From the NCBI GenBank assembly GCA_043808705.1, contig JAZDEO010000013.1, positions 8,081 to 72,080 on the forward strand: a stretch of DNA of 64,000 nucleotides. Direction: 5' to 3'. The notes beneath the pieces are model-generated. The model had not been told where the DNA came from. It did not search any database and was given only the letters and a program-made list of their open reading frames with translations. Positions 38,827 to 48,937 of this stretch are shown here, in pieces (within the stretch, counting starts at the first letter, position 1; each line of letters opens with the position of its first letter). Position numbers and translations under genes: made by a program. The stretch comes from an archaeon. GTDB lineage: Archaea > Nanobdellota > Nanobdellia > SCGC-AAA011-G17 > GW2011-AR20.

Positions 38827-40033
38827 TTATCAAAGGTTCTATATTTGCTAATACCCCATTTCTACGGCCAATATAACTCATATAAAGTCCAAGCCATCTG
38901 TTAAATTCACCTGTTCTTAATATTGTTTCACATCGAGTACTTACACTCTTACTTAGTGCTACAACATTTCTACGACTTTTTTCATCGATACCAGAACTTA
39001 TTGCGCTAGGGTTTTCTAATATTGTTATTATCTCTCTACAAAAAGATATCATAGCTTTTAAATTTGTTTCTATATTATTTTGATTTGGAGGATTTTTACT
39101 AAATTCATTTTCAATGTTTCTGTCAATATTTTTCATTGTACTATACATATTTAATATCTCCTTTTTTATAGCTGCTTTTCCTGGTCCAGCAGAAGGTCCA
39201 GCTTGTGGTCCAGATCCTGCCTGTTGAGGTTGTCCTCTACCCCAAAAATCCCACCAATTTTTTTTGACTCTTGGGGGTACTCCTCTTACTCCACCTTTAT
39301 CTACAAAACCCTGATAAGCATTACTTGTTGTACTACTTACTTTTGAACCAACACCGCCAGAAAAAATGTAATATATCATAGACAATGTTAAAATAGCAGT
39401 TGCTAATCCAGAAATAGTTCCAGCAATTCCATTAACAGGGCCAGTATTAAACCAATCTCCAGACATACTTGTGAACAAAGCAATAATCAAGATCATCAAA
39501 AGACAAAAAAGCGCTTTCTTCCAATGTGTAAAACCATCTTCACGGTCTTTATCAATCTTGTAAATAAATCCTAGTCCAAATATAATAAACACACTAAATA
39601 ATATAGATCCTAATGTTGGTCCAAGTCCTCTCATCAATTCATCAGGAAGGAAAGAAACAGAAGCCAATGAAACTAAAGCAGCAATTATATTACTTTGTTT
39701 TTCAGGTACACTGATTCTGCCACCATTTCCAGAGAATACAAGCTTTAATGCCCCAGCTATTATTATGTAAAGAATGATAAACAAGAAGATTCTTATAAAA
39801 ATACCCTCATTATCATGGCCAATTGCCTGAAATATAGGTCTTAAAGTATCTCTTAACATTTCTATAGAATTTCCAAGGGTGCCAGATACACCACTATAAC
39901 TTGAAGAAGCCATTGTACTTATTTTATTATTATTTGAATAATAGAATCTATCATAAAAGCCCAAAGCACTAAAAAAACCCATAGCTAAAAATAGAACTAT
40001 CGCTATAACCCACCATCTTTTTGCTTCAGACAT
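38816..40033 (-). CDS. multipass membrane protein with Pro/Gly/Gln-rich linker and C-terminal cytoplasmic domain; hypothetical
   Basis: ~6 TM helices, linker GQPQQAGSGPQAGPSAGPGKAA, 405 aa. Confidence 0.4.
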   Translation of the reverse strand: MSEAKRWWVIAIVLFLAMGFFSALGFYDRFYYSNNNKISTMASSSYSGVSGTLGNSIEMLRDTLRPIFQAIGHDNEGIFIRIFLFIILYIIIAGALKLVFSGNGGRISVPEKQSNIIAALVSLASVSFLPDELMRGLGPTLGSILFSVFIIFGLGFIYKIDKDREDGFTHWKKALFCLLMILIIALFTSMSGDWFNTGPVNGIAGTISGLATAILTLSMIYYIFSGGVGSKVSSTTSNAYQGFVDKGGVRGVPPRVKKNWWDFWGRGQPQQAGSGPQAGPSAGPGKAAIKKEILNMYSTMKNIDRNIENEFSKNPPNQNNIETNLKAMISFCREIITILENPSAISSGIDEKSRRNVVALSKSVSTRCETILRTGEFNRWLGLYMSYIGRRNGVLANIEPLINAL

Positions 40034-40068
40034 AAGTAATAAATACTAATACAGAATATATAAAGTTT

Positions 40069-40893
40069 ATGGTAACATTAAAAGAAGCACTAAAAAACAA
40101 GCTAAGTAAAAAAGATCTAAATCTAGTTCCATCATCATTTGACATAATAGGAACTATTGCTTTATTCTCGAAACTTTCTAAAGAATTAAAGAATAAGGAA
40201 AAGATAATAGCTAAAACTTTAATAGATTTAAATAAAAATATTAAAACAGTTGTCAAGAAAACAGAAAAATATTCAGGAAGATTAAGATTACAAAAAGTAA
40301 AAATAATAGCAGGTGAAAAGACAAAAGAAACAATTCATAAGGAAAATAATGTAACCTTAAAATTAAATATTGAAACATGTTATTTTTCACCAAGATCAGG
40401 TTCAGAAAGATTAAGAATAGCCAAGTTAGTTAAAAATAATGAATCAATATTAACACTTTTTTCCGGTATAGCTCCATTCCCATTAACAATAGAAAGAAAC
40501 TCAAATCCTAAAGAAATCTATGCAATAGAACTTAATAAGGAATGCCATAAATATGCTAAGGAAAATTTATTATTAAATAAATCCAGAAAAATTATTTTAT
40601 TTCAAGGCGATGTTAAAAAAGTACTTCCAAAGATAAAGAAAAAATTTGACAGAATAATAATACCTCTTCCTAAGTCATCTAAAAGCTATCTAGATCTTGC
40701 TTTAAAGCATTCTAAAAAAAATACAGTAATACATTTCTATGATTTCTCTAAAGAGAATGAATTTCCCCAAGCTTCAATAAAAAAGATAGAGAAATATTGT
40801 AAAATAAAATTAATAAATGCTGTAAAGTGTGGAAATTATTCTCCATACACCTATAGGGTTTGTATAGACTTCAGGCCTTTAGCAATCAAATAA
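40069..40893 (+). CDS. Trm5/Taw2(TYW2)-family class I SAM methyltransferase (Met-10+ like), tRNA position-37 modification
   Basis: DIIGTIAL…, FSPRSGSERLRIAKLV, LFSGIAPFPLTI, FDRIIIPLPKSS. Confidence 0.65.
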   Translation: MVTLKEALKNKLSKKDLNLVPSSFDIIGTIALFSKLSKELKNKEKIIAKTLIDLNKNIKTVVKKTEKYSGRLRLQKVKIIAGEKTKETIHKENNVTLKLNIETCYFSPRSGSERLRIAKLVKNNESILTLFSGIAPFPLTIERNSNPKEIYAIELNKECHKYAKENLLLNKSRKIILFQGDVKKVLPKIKKKFDRIIIPLPKSSKSYLDLALKHSKKNTVIHFYDFSKENEFPQASIKKIEKYCKIKLINAVKCGNYSPYTYRVCIDFRPLAIK

Positions 40894-41426
40894 ATTTCCC
40901 CACTTCTCTTCTTAGATGCCATTGGTTTTGTTATTTTAACAAAGCTAAAATATCTTTGTACTTCATTAACAAAAGTACTTGATTCATCACTCTGAAATAT
41001 CTTGCATATAAAATCTCCATTATTTTTTAATAAATATCTTGCAATATACAAAGCTCTATAGCATAGATCTATAGATCTTGCTTGATCTACATTTTTAATT
41101 CCAGTAGTCTTAGGAGCCATATCACTTAAAACAGCATCAAATTTTCCTAATCCTAATAATTTGTCAAACATTGCTTTATCAAAAATATTTCCTTTAATGA
41201 AAGCTATACCTTTTAATCTGGTTCCCTTTAAATCTACACCAGTAACATCACACCCTAAATTTAAACAATATTGCATCCAAGAACCAGGCCAACATCCTAA
41301 ATCCAAAACTCTAGAATTTCTCTTTACTATCTGATATTTTGAATTTATATCACTAAGCTTATAGACGCTTCTTGCTTTATATCCCTCTTTTTTTGCTTTA
41401 ACTGTAAATTTATCTTTCACTTTCAT
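40851..41426 (-). CDS. rlmE: FtsJ/RrmJ-type rRNA 2'-O-methyltransferase (RlmE-like)
   Basis: LDLGCWPGSWMQY, FDAVLSDMAPKTTG…; 43-nt convergent overlap with upstream methyltransferase gene. Confidence 0.8.
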   Translation of the reverse strand: MKVKDKFTVKAKKEGYKARSVYKLSDINSKYQIVKRNSRVLDLGCWPGSWMQYCLNLGCDVTGVDLKGTRLKGIAFIKGNIFDKAMFDKLLGLGKFDAVLSDMAPKTTGIKNVDQARSIDLCYRALYIARYLLKNNGDFICKIFQSDESSTFVNEVQRYFSFVKITKPMASKKRSGEIYLIAKGLKSIQTL

Positions 41427-41429
41427 GTT

Positions 41430-43853
41430 CTAATTAGACTTAATCTCAAATATACTCTTTTTTAATCTTATAGCAGAAGGAGTATCTCCCCCATGCCATG
41501 TTAATTTAGGTCTTGTTTTCATAGGATATATCCTCTCAGAGTTATCATCTAAAATAATTGCAGAACCTTTTATTTTAGGTAAATTATTCAAGTAACTTAA
41601 AATATCTCCTGTCAAATAACTTTGGGTTATTGAATTTAGAGCCTCAACATCAATCTTAGCAGTAACTCTAAAACTTACAACAATATCACTCTGAGTTAAA
41701 GCATCTTTAGCCAATTCACCAGGCTGTTGTGTTGCCATTACTAGACTTATTCCAGGTTGTCTCCCCTCTCTTAAAATCTGGATTAAAGCATCACTTGCAG
41801 GACTCTTTCCCTCTCGGGGGAGGAACTCGTGACATTCGTCTATTAAAATCCAAACAAGAGGCATATCACTCTTTTTAGTTTCAAGTTCAAAATAATGCTG
41901 CCCTTCTTCTATCAAATTCATTTCTTCTAATTTTCTAGCATCCATTCTTTCTCTTAACAGTTTACTTCCTAATAACCCTATAACCAGGCATTTAATATTC
42001 CAATCAGTATAACAACTAATATCTAATATTGAAACTTCTCCAGCCTTAATAATGTCTTTAATTTTAGTGCTATCCTTATCAAATAAACCCCATAATTTTG
42101 AAGAATTAAATCTGTTTTCAACAGCATTTTTTACATTAGCATCAGATTTCTTATCTTTTAAAAGTTCTTTAATTATGTCATCAACATCATAATCCTTTCC
42201 AGTATCTTTTAAATTTCCAATTACCCTTTCAATTAAAACACCCTTGTCATCCATTAAACCAATACTAAAAACATTACACCAATCTAAAGAAGTTAATTCA
42301 GAGGGTTTTATTGAAAAATTAAAGTCTGTAGGAATATTTTTCTCTTTATATTCCTGAAACTTTCCCTTAGGAGTATAAACTTTAACATTCAAGCCTTGAG
42401 GTTTTAATCCATATCTCTTTAATTCATCCTCCTGTTTTAAATTAGGATATTTCATACTCCAAAATATTCCCATAGTATCTAAAATTAAAACAGCCAGATT
42501 CTTTTTAACATCATCATCCAATCTCGTTACTTCTTCAGCTATTACAGATAAAAAATAACTTTTTCCAGAATTATGCGAAATAATACCATTAGCTACAAAA
42601 GAATGATTTTTGTTTACAGATAGATCATAAACTTCTTTTATATCTTTTATTTTTTGGATATCTTTTATTTTTCTACAAACTAAATTATTAGACAAATAAA
42701 ATGTTTTTTTTCTTCTAAACCCATCTATTTTTTTATTATTCAATCTTTCCTGCTTAAAATTATTGAAGAAGCCTATTTTTTTAAAATTATTATTTGAAGC
42801 ATTATCTGTGATAAACAGTCTATAATTTAAGTACATTTTATTATTACATCTAGCATTTTTTTCTCTTATAACAGATTCTATATTAAAATGACTTAACAAA
42901 AGTTGTAAATCCTCTAAAAATTCTTTCGATTTTGAGGAATAATCAATATGACCCCCCTTACTTATATAACCATCACATGAAAATAAAGCTGAAATAAAAT
43001 TTGCTTTAAATGTATTTGAACTTTCCCAAACAATCTTCGGGATTCTAATTATACCCGATTTATTTCCTAAAGGAACACCTAGTTTATTTAATCTATCAAT
43101 CACAGGAGCATGAAGTGATTGAATAACCTCACAATTACAATCATTTCTTTTATATCTTTTTGAATGTAAACCAAATTCTTCTTCGAGATCTTTTTTTGCT
43201 AAATCTAAGACTTCAAGACAATCATTATATATTCTTAATCTACTCTTTGTTCCATTATACCAAGCACCTCTTCCATCTTTCCATCTACCTCTCCTTTTAT
43301 TAATTGTTCCATCAGATAAAACAAAACCCAATAGTCTAGCTATTCTTAAACTTTCTTTATCATTTTTTACTTCTGGTAACTCAGTAGGCATAATTATTTT
43401 ATCATTAATTTTTAATTGCTGAGCCATCCTCCAAAATATATATTTGCCATAATTCATGAGTAAAGGATGTTCATTTGTTAAAATTATTGATCTTCCATCA
43501 TAGAATTCTAATTTTAATAAGTGTTCTTTTATATCATATTTTAAAAGTTCTGCATTTTCCCATTCAAATTTTTTATTTTTTTTATCAAATGAAAATACTT
43601 TATCTTCTTTCTCATTAAAGTCCTTTATATTTTTATATCCCTTATCTGTAAAAACTTTAGTCTCTCCACTAAGACACCCCCTTTTTCCTGAAATCAAAAT
43701 TATATGAGAACTGTTAACATCTAAGTAAATATCACTTCCAAGAGAAGTTGTCTGCCCCATCTTAACATAACTCTTTCCAATAAAAATAAGGCCTTTGTTT
43801 CCATATTTCTTCATATCAACTTCATTTCTTCCAATAATTATGTTATGAACCAT
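41430..43853 (-). CDS. HerA/FtsK-superfamily DUF87-like ATPase interrupted by an intein in the P-loop
   Basis: Exteins …HIILISGKRG | SGKSYFLSVIAEE give Walker A GKRGSGKS. Walker B VWILIDECHEF, MATQQPGEL. Spliced extein 438 aa. Confidence 0.75.
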   Translation of the reverse strand: MVHNIIIGRNEVDMKKYGNKGLIFIGKSYVKMGQTTSLGSDIYLDVNSSHIILISGKRGCLSGETKVFTDKGYKNIKDFNEKEDKVFSFDKKNKKFEWENAELLKYDIKEHLLKLEFYDGRSIILTNEHPLLMNYGKYIFWRMAQQLKINDKIIMPTELPEVKNDKESLRIARLLGFVLSDGTINKRRGRWKDGRGAWYNGTKSRLRIYNDCLEVLDLAKKDLEEEFGLHSKRYKRNDCNCEVIQSLHAPVIDRLNKLGVPLGNKSGIIRIPKIVWESSNTFKANFISALFSCDGYISKGGHIDYSSKSKEFLEDLQLLLSHFNIESVIREKNARCNNKMYLNYRLFITDNASNNNFKKIGFFNNFKQERLNNKKIDGFRRKKTFYLSNNLVCRKIKDIQKIKDIKEVYDLSVNKNHSFVANGIISHNSGKSYFLSVIAEEVTRLDDDVKKNLAVLILDTMGIFWSMKYPNLKQEDELKRYGLKPQGLNVKVYTPKGKFQEYKEKNIPTDFNFSIKPSELTSLDWCNVFSIGLMDDKGVLIERVIGNLKDTGKDYDVDDIIKELLKDKKSDANVKNAVENRFNSSKLWGLFDKDSTKIKDIIKAGEVSILDISCYTDWNIKCLVIGLLGSKLLRERMDARKLEEMNLIEEGQHYFELETKKSDMPLVWILIDECHEFLPREGKSPASDALIQILREGRQPGISLVMATQQPGELAKDALTQSDIVVSFRVTAKIDVEALNSITQSYLTGDILSYLNNLPKIKGSAIILDDNSERIYPMKTRPKLTWHGGDTPSAIRLKKSIFEIKSN
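42570..43676 (-). mobile_element. intein (369 aa) with LAGLIDADG endonuclease in HerA-like ATPase P-loop
   Basis: CLSGETKVFT (block A) … ANGIISHN + Ser(+1); LAGLIDADG blocks LLGFVLSDGTIN, FISALFSCDGYIS. Confidence 0.85.
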
Positions 43854-43949
43854 TGATTAATTAAAGAATTTAAGCATATATAAATATTCTGAACACATAA
43901 AAATAAAAAATTCACAAAGCTTTTAAATAAGTATTTCCATAAAATTAAT

Positions 43950-44504
43950 ATGGCAATACTAACATATGTTATAATTGGAATAATTGTACTAATTGTACTT
44001 TATATTATTCTAGCTTATAACAGGCTAATAAGATTAAAACTAAGAATAGACAATGCCTGGTCCCAAATAGATGTCCAATTAAAAAGGAGATATGACTTAA
44101 TTCCTAACTTAATTGAGACAGTAAAGGGCTATGTTAAACATGAAAAAGAAGTTCTAACAGACATTACAAAAACAAGATCACAACTAGTATCAGGAAACAT
44201 GCAGCAAAAATCTAAAGCATCTGATCAATTAACAAATGCATTAAAAACATTGTTTGCAGTTGCAGAAAACTATCCACAACTAAGGGCAAATGAGAACTTT
44301 AAGATGCTACAGGAAGAATTGTCTGGAACAGAATCTAAAATTGCTTATTCAAGACAATTTTACAACGACAATGTAATGATGTTTAATACAGCTGTTCAGT
44401 CATTTCCAACAAACATACTAGCTTCAATGTTTAACTTTGCACAGAGAGAATTCTTTAAGACAGAAGGAAAAGAAAAAGAGCCTGTTAAAGTAAACTTTAA
44501 TTAA
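43950..44504 (+). CDS. lemA: LemA-family membrane protein
   Basis: N-terminal TM + YNRLIRLKLRIDNAWSQIDVQLKRRYDLIPNL…. Confidence 0.8.
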   Translation: MAILTYVIIGIIVLIVLYIILAYNRLIRLKLRIDNAWSQIDVQLKRRYDLIPNLIETVKGYVKHEKEVLTDITKTRSQLVSGNMQQKSKASDQLTNALKTLFAVAENYPQLRANENFKMLQEELSGTESKIAYSRQFYNDNVMMFNTAVQSFPTNILASMFNFAQREFFKTEGKEKEPVKVNFN

Positions 44505-44512
44505 AGATTAAA

Positions 44513-45403
44513 ATGTTATACGATGAAATCTCCTCAAATAGAGCAAAGACCTTTCTTTTATTTCTAATTTTCATTATCTTTATTGGAATAATAGCTTATG
44601 TTATTAACATGTTATTCTTTCAAGGCATTGTTTTTTTAGTATTTGCAGCTATAATAGCAATTGTCTTTTCTTTAATTAGTTATTATGCTGGCAGTAAAAT
44701 AGTGCTTTCAATGTCTCACGCTAAAGAAGCTAATAAAAAGGAGCATGCTTATTTAATCAATACAATAGAAGGTCTTGCAATAGCAGCAGGTATTCCAAAG
44801 CCAAAAGCCTATGTTATTCCAGGCCAACAAATTAATGCCTTTGCAACAGGAACTTCACCAAAAACAGCATCAATTGCAGTTACAGAGGGTGCTTTACAAA
44901 AATTAGATAGAGAAGAGCTTGAAGGGGTTATAGCTCATGAAATGTCTCACATCAAGAATTTTGATATTCGAGTTATGTTATTAGCCTCTGTTTTAGTTGG
45001 AATCATTATATTTGTTACAGAAATCTTATTAAGAAGCTTTTTATTTGGTGGTTTAAGTGGTAGAGATAATAACCGTGGAGGAAGTTGGAATCTTATTTTT
45101 TTAGCAATTGGAATTGTTTTATTAATACTTTCTCCAATAATTGCTCAAATGATCAAGTTTGCTATTTCAAGAAAAAGAGAATATCTAGCTGATGCCTCAG
45201 GTGCTTTACTTAATAGAAATCCTAAAGGACTAGCAGATGCTTTAAAGAAAATTAAGAATGATACTTCAGAATTAAAAGGAGCAAGTAATGCAAATGCTCA
45301 TCTGTACATTTCCAATCCATTTAAGAAGAAACAATGGTTAAGTGGGTTATTTCAGACGCATCCATCCTTGGATAGCAGAATTCAAAAGTTAGAGGCTATG
45401 TAA
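44513..45403 (+). CDS. htpX: HtpX-like M48 zinc metalloprotease
   Basis: HEMSHIKNFD (HExxH), 4 TM, typical LemA–HtpX pair. Confidence 0.85.
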   Translation: MLYDEISSNRAKTFLLFLIFIIFIGIIAYVINMLFFQGIVFLVFAAIIAIVFSLISYYAGSKIVLSMSHAKEANKKEHAYLINTIEGLAIAAGIPKPKAYVIPGQQINAFATGTSPKTASIAVTEGALQKLDREELEGVIAHEMSHIKNFDIRVMLLASVLVGIIIFVTEILLRSFLFGGLSGRDNNRGGSWNLIFLAIGIVLLILSPIIAQMIKFAISRKREYLADASGALLNRNPKGLADALKKIKNDTSELKGASNANAHLYISNPFKKKQWLSGLFQTHPSLDSRIQKLEAM

Positions 45404-45430
45404 TTTAATTATTTAAAATTTTTTAATAAT

Positions 45431-46021
45431 CTAAACTAAATAAGCATTTTCTATTACAACATCCTCTAAAGGCTTGTCTTGTGAATTTCTAGGAACATTA
45501 GATATTTCATCAACAACATCCATTCCTTCTATTACTTTTCCAAAAACAGGATGCTTTCCATCCAAGAAATTATTATCAGCAACATTTATGAAAAATTGAC
45601 TGCCTCCTGTATTAGGCCCTGCATTTGCCATTGCAATTGTTCCTCTATCATTTCTATCCAAACTTGTTTGTGTAAACTCATCTTTAATTGCATAACCAGG
45701 ACCGCCCATTCCAGTTCCAGTAGGATCTCCCCCTTGTATCATAAATCCATCTATTACTCTATGAAAAATTACACCATTATAAAACCCTTCTTGAACTAAC
45801 TTCTTGAAATTTCCAGCTGTTATTGGCATCTCGTTTTCATATAATTGTATAACAATATCTCCATGATTGGTTTCTAGTTTAACTTGATTTTTATTGGTAT
45901 CATCACCTGTACTCTTATCAACCATTTTATTATTCTTGTTCATCTTTATTAAAAAAAATATTCCTAATACTACAATTACTATTAAAATTATAAAGATTGC
46001 TAATTGTGTATTCTTTTTCAT
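45431..46021 (-). CDS. cyclophilin-type peptidyl-prolyl cis-trans isomerase with N-terminal membrane anchor
   Basis: FHRVIDGFMIQGGDPTGTG…GGSQFFI; N-terminal TM. Confidence 0.85.
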   Translation of the reverse strand: MKKNTQLAIFIILIVIVVLGIFFLIKMNKNNKMVDKSTGDDTNKNQVKLETNHGDIVIQLYENEMPITAGNFKKLVQEGFYNGVIFHRVIDGFMIQGGDPTGTGMGGPGYAIKDEFTQTSLDRNDRGTIAMANAGPNTGGSQFFINVADNNFLDGKHPVFGKVIEGMDVVDEISNVPRNSQDKPLEDVVIENAYLV

Positions 46022-46254
46022 TTTTAATAGGAAATTATTGTATTATTTAAATCTTACTTTACTTTTTATTTATCTCAAAGGCAGATTTTTATTTAATATT
46101 TTATACAACAGTTACATTTATATACCTTCTAAAATTCATAAAAGTATAAGCATTACAAAAGAAGAAAGAGCATCTGCTCAGTAACATGACTTTTCGCTTT
46201 TTCTAATAAAATATGCTAAATATAACATAAATTACAAGAACGAGGAATAAAAAA

Positions 46255-47472
46255 ATGAAATTATTTGAAGAATTCGGATTAAGCCATGAATTGCTTAATT
46301 CAATTAAAAAATTAGGCTTTGACAAGCCTACAGAAATTCAAGAGGGATCTATCCCATATATACTGGAAGGAAGAGATGTAATAGGAGAATCAGCAACAGG
46401 TTCCGGTAAAACATTAGCATTTGCTTGTGGTATAGTCAAACAAGTAATACCTAAACAAGGTTTACAGGCTTTAATATTAACACCAACAAGAGAGCTTGCA
46501 GAGCAAGTAAAAGATCATCTTAAACAGATATCTCATAATCTAAACATAATATCTATTTATGGTGGTGTTTCAATAGATCCACAGATTTATGAATTACAGA
46601 AAACTGATGTAGTAGTCGGAACCCCAGGAAGAATCTTAGATCATATTAATAGGAGAACAATAAATTTCTCTAAAATTAAATTAGTGGTTTTAGATGAAGC
46701 TGACAGAATGTTTGACATGGGTTTTATCGATGATGTAAAACAAATAATAAGGACATGTCCAACTAAAAGACAGACATTAATATTTTCAGCAACAATTTCT
46801 TCTAAGGTTAAAGAAGTAGCCAGTAAATACATGATAAATCCTGTAGAAATTTTAGCAGAAAAGATGGTTGATCCCAGCAAGCTTAAACAAGTTTATTATG
46901 ATGTTCCAAAAAACATTAAATTATCTTTATTAATCCATTTATTAAAACATGAAGAATCAGGATTAGTAATGGTTTTCTGTAATACTAGAAGAACTACAGA
47001 TCTTGTTGTTAAAAATCTACAAGCAAACAGATTTAATGCAATAGCTATACATGGTGGATTTACTCAAAATAAAAGGACCAAAACAATGCAAATCTTTAAT
47101 TCATCTAGAGCCGAAATTTTAGTATGTACAGATGTTGCAGCTCGAGGCTTACATATAGAAAATGTTTCTCATATCTATAATTACGAAATACCAAAAGATC
47201 CAAAAGATTACATACATAGAATAGGTAGAACAGCAAGAGCCGGTGAATCAGGAAAGGCAGTAAATCTTTTATGTGATTATGATTATGAAAACTTTTCTAG
47301 AATATTAGAGGAATACAGAGGTATATTTACAATTGAAAAATTAGAAAACCCCTATGTTGAAAGAGTAATGTTCATACAAAGCACTAATAGAAGATCAGAG
47401 AAAAGACCATTTCAACATAATCAGCATGGGCGTAATAGATCAAATACATCTGAGAGATATTATGGTCTTTAA
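46255..47472 (+). CDS. DEAD-box ATP-dependent RNA helicase
   Basis: Q-motif, GSGKT, DEAD (VLDEADRM), SAT, HRIGRTAR. Confidence 0.9.
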   Translation: MKLFEEFGLSHELLNSIKKLGFDKPTEIQEGSIPYILEGRDVIGESATGSGKTLAFACGIVKQVIPKQGLQALILTPTRELAEQVKDHLKQISHNLNIISIYGGVSIDPQIYELQKTDVVVGTPGRILDHINRRTINFSKIKLVVLDEADRMFDMGFIDDVKQIIRTCPTKRQTLIFSATISSKVKEVASKYMINPVEILAEKMVDPSKLKQVYYDVPKNIKLSLLIHLLKHEESGLVMVFCNTRRTTDLVVKNLQANRFNAIAIHGGFTQNKRTKTMQIFNSSRAEILVCTDVAARGLHIENVSHIYNYEIPKDPKDYIHRIGRTARAGESGKAVNLLCDYDYENFSRILEEYRGIFTIEKLENPYVERVMFIQSTNRRSEKRPFQHNQHGRNRSNTSERYYGL

Positions 47473-47497
47473 TTTAATTTTTTTATTTTAAAACTCT

Positions 47498-47785
47498 TTA
47501 TTTAATAACTTCTATTTTGCCAAATCTACCTGCTGTTAATTTTATCTCACCTTGGAATTCATTGCAGTAACCATTAGTAATCTTTATTTTATCACCCTTC
47601 TTTACCTTCTCTATTTCATCATTCCATAATGTTAATGTAATTTCACCAGAATCATCTTTAACTTTAGCATTACAAAGTCTTAACTTGTTTTCACTTTTAT
47701 CAAATTCTTTAATATCGCCTTTCTCAATAATCTTACACTCAATCTCTATCTTAGATTGCCTTGGTTTTAATTCAGAAATATTCAA
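47498..47785 (-). CDS. single OB-fold ssDNA-binding (RPA/SSB-like) protein
   Basis: 95 aa, β-rich OB pattern (…ITLTLWNDEIEKVKKGDKIKITNG…); downstream of RFC-L in same operon. Confidence 0.45.
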   Translation of the reverse strand: MNISELKPRQSKIEIECKIIEKGDIKEFDKSENKLRLCNAKVKDDSGEITLTLWNDEIEKVKKGDKIKITNGYCNEFQGEIKLTAGRFGKIEVIK

Positions 47786-47845
47786 ATTTTCACCTCACGC
47801 TCTTTAAAAAATAACTTGTATATAAAGATTTATGTAATCAACTAA

Positions 47846-48937
47846 TTAATTTTGTAAGAATTTCATATAAGAAATCTCTTTATAGGCTTTTTTAATAGAC
47901 ATATTGCATTTCTCGCTTATATCTTCAGCTAATTCCTGTTTGTAAGCATATCTATTTTTATTAATCCACATCTTCAAAATTCTTTCATTTCTTTTATAGC
48001 TAATAGGCTCCTTATTTACCTTATCTTTAGATAAAGCAATACCAACACTCATCAAAAAACTTTGATAAACTAAAAATCTGTAATACTGCCATCTCAATAT
48101 CCTCTTTCTAAAAATATCTGCTTTTCCCAACTTATTATAAGCATCATCTAAATATTCAACATAATACTCTCTAGGAATATTTTCTTCTAACCATAACATT
48201 ATCTCATCTAGATCATCATCAGAATTGCTAAATCTTTTTAATATTAAATTTACATCCTTACTCTTAAATATTAATTTTAATATCTCCAAAATATGCTCTT
48301 TTCTTTCTCTTAATGTATCTATGTTCATTATCTCTAGATCATTTATAGCTGCTCTAGCATCCCCTCTACTATTTTTAGATATTAGATTTAAGACTTTATC
48401 CCCTACTTTGATATCTTCTTTTTTAGAAATCTCTTTTAAAATATTAAATATATCCAAATCCTTTAACCTGTTAAATTCAATAACATCACATTTTCTTCTT
48501 AATAGAGAAAATTTAGAATCCCAGATATCATTTCCTATAATAACAATAGGATAAGCACTTTTATCTAATAAACCTATTAAAGCCTGTAAGCCCCCTCTAT
48601 CCTTGATATTTAGACCATCAATCTCATCTATCAAGATTATTTTACCTTTCTTAAATAAACTAAGCTGTTGAGATGAACTTCCAATCAAGCTTTCAATCTG
48701 TTCCTTATTTCTATAATCACTTGCATTTAACTCAAATATCTCATAATCAAGTTCTCTAGCTAAAGCATATACAGAACAAGTTTTTCCAGTTCCAATATCT
48801 CCGTAAATCAAAACATGTTTCTTTTTCAATACAGAATCTCTTAATCTCTTTAAAGCAAAATCCTGGCCTTTAATATCTTCAAGTTTTTTTGGTTTATATT
48901 TGTGGACTAGCATCTTACTCCATATGATCCAAAACAA
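47846..48937 (-). CDS. rfcL: replication factor C large subunit
   Basis: KYKPKKLEDIKGQ, LIYGDIGTGKTCS, ILIDEIDG, SRGDARAAIN; true start may be Met9 (48913), removing the overlap. Confidence 0.8.
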   Translation of the reverse strand: MFWIIWSKMLVHKYKPKKLEDIKGQDFALKRLRDSVLKKKHVLIYGDIGTGKTCSVYALARELDYEIFELNASDYRNKEQIESLIGSSSQQLSLFKKGKIILIDEIDGLNIKDRGGLQALIGLLDKSAYPIVIIGNDIWDSKFSLLRRKCDVIEFNRLKDLDIFNILKEISKKEDIKVGDKVLNLISKNSRGDARAAINDLEIMNIDTLRERKEHILEILKLIFKSKDVNLILKRFSNSDDDLDEIMLWLEENIPREYYVEYLDDAYNKLGKADIFRKRILRWQYYRFLVYQSFLMSVGIALSKDKVNKEPISYKRNERILKMWINKNRYAYKQELAEDISEKCNMSIKKAYKEISYMKFLQN

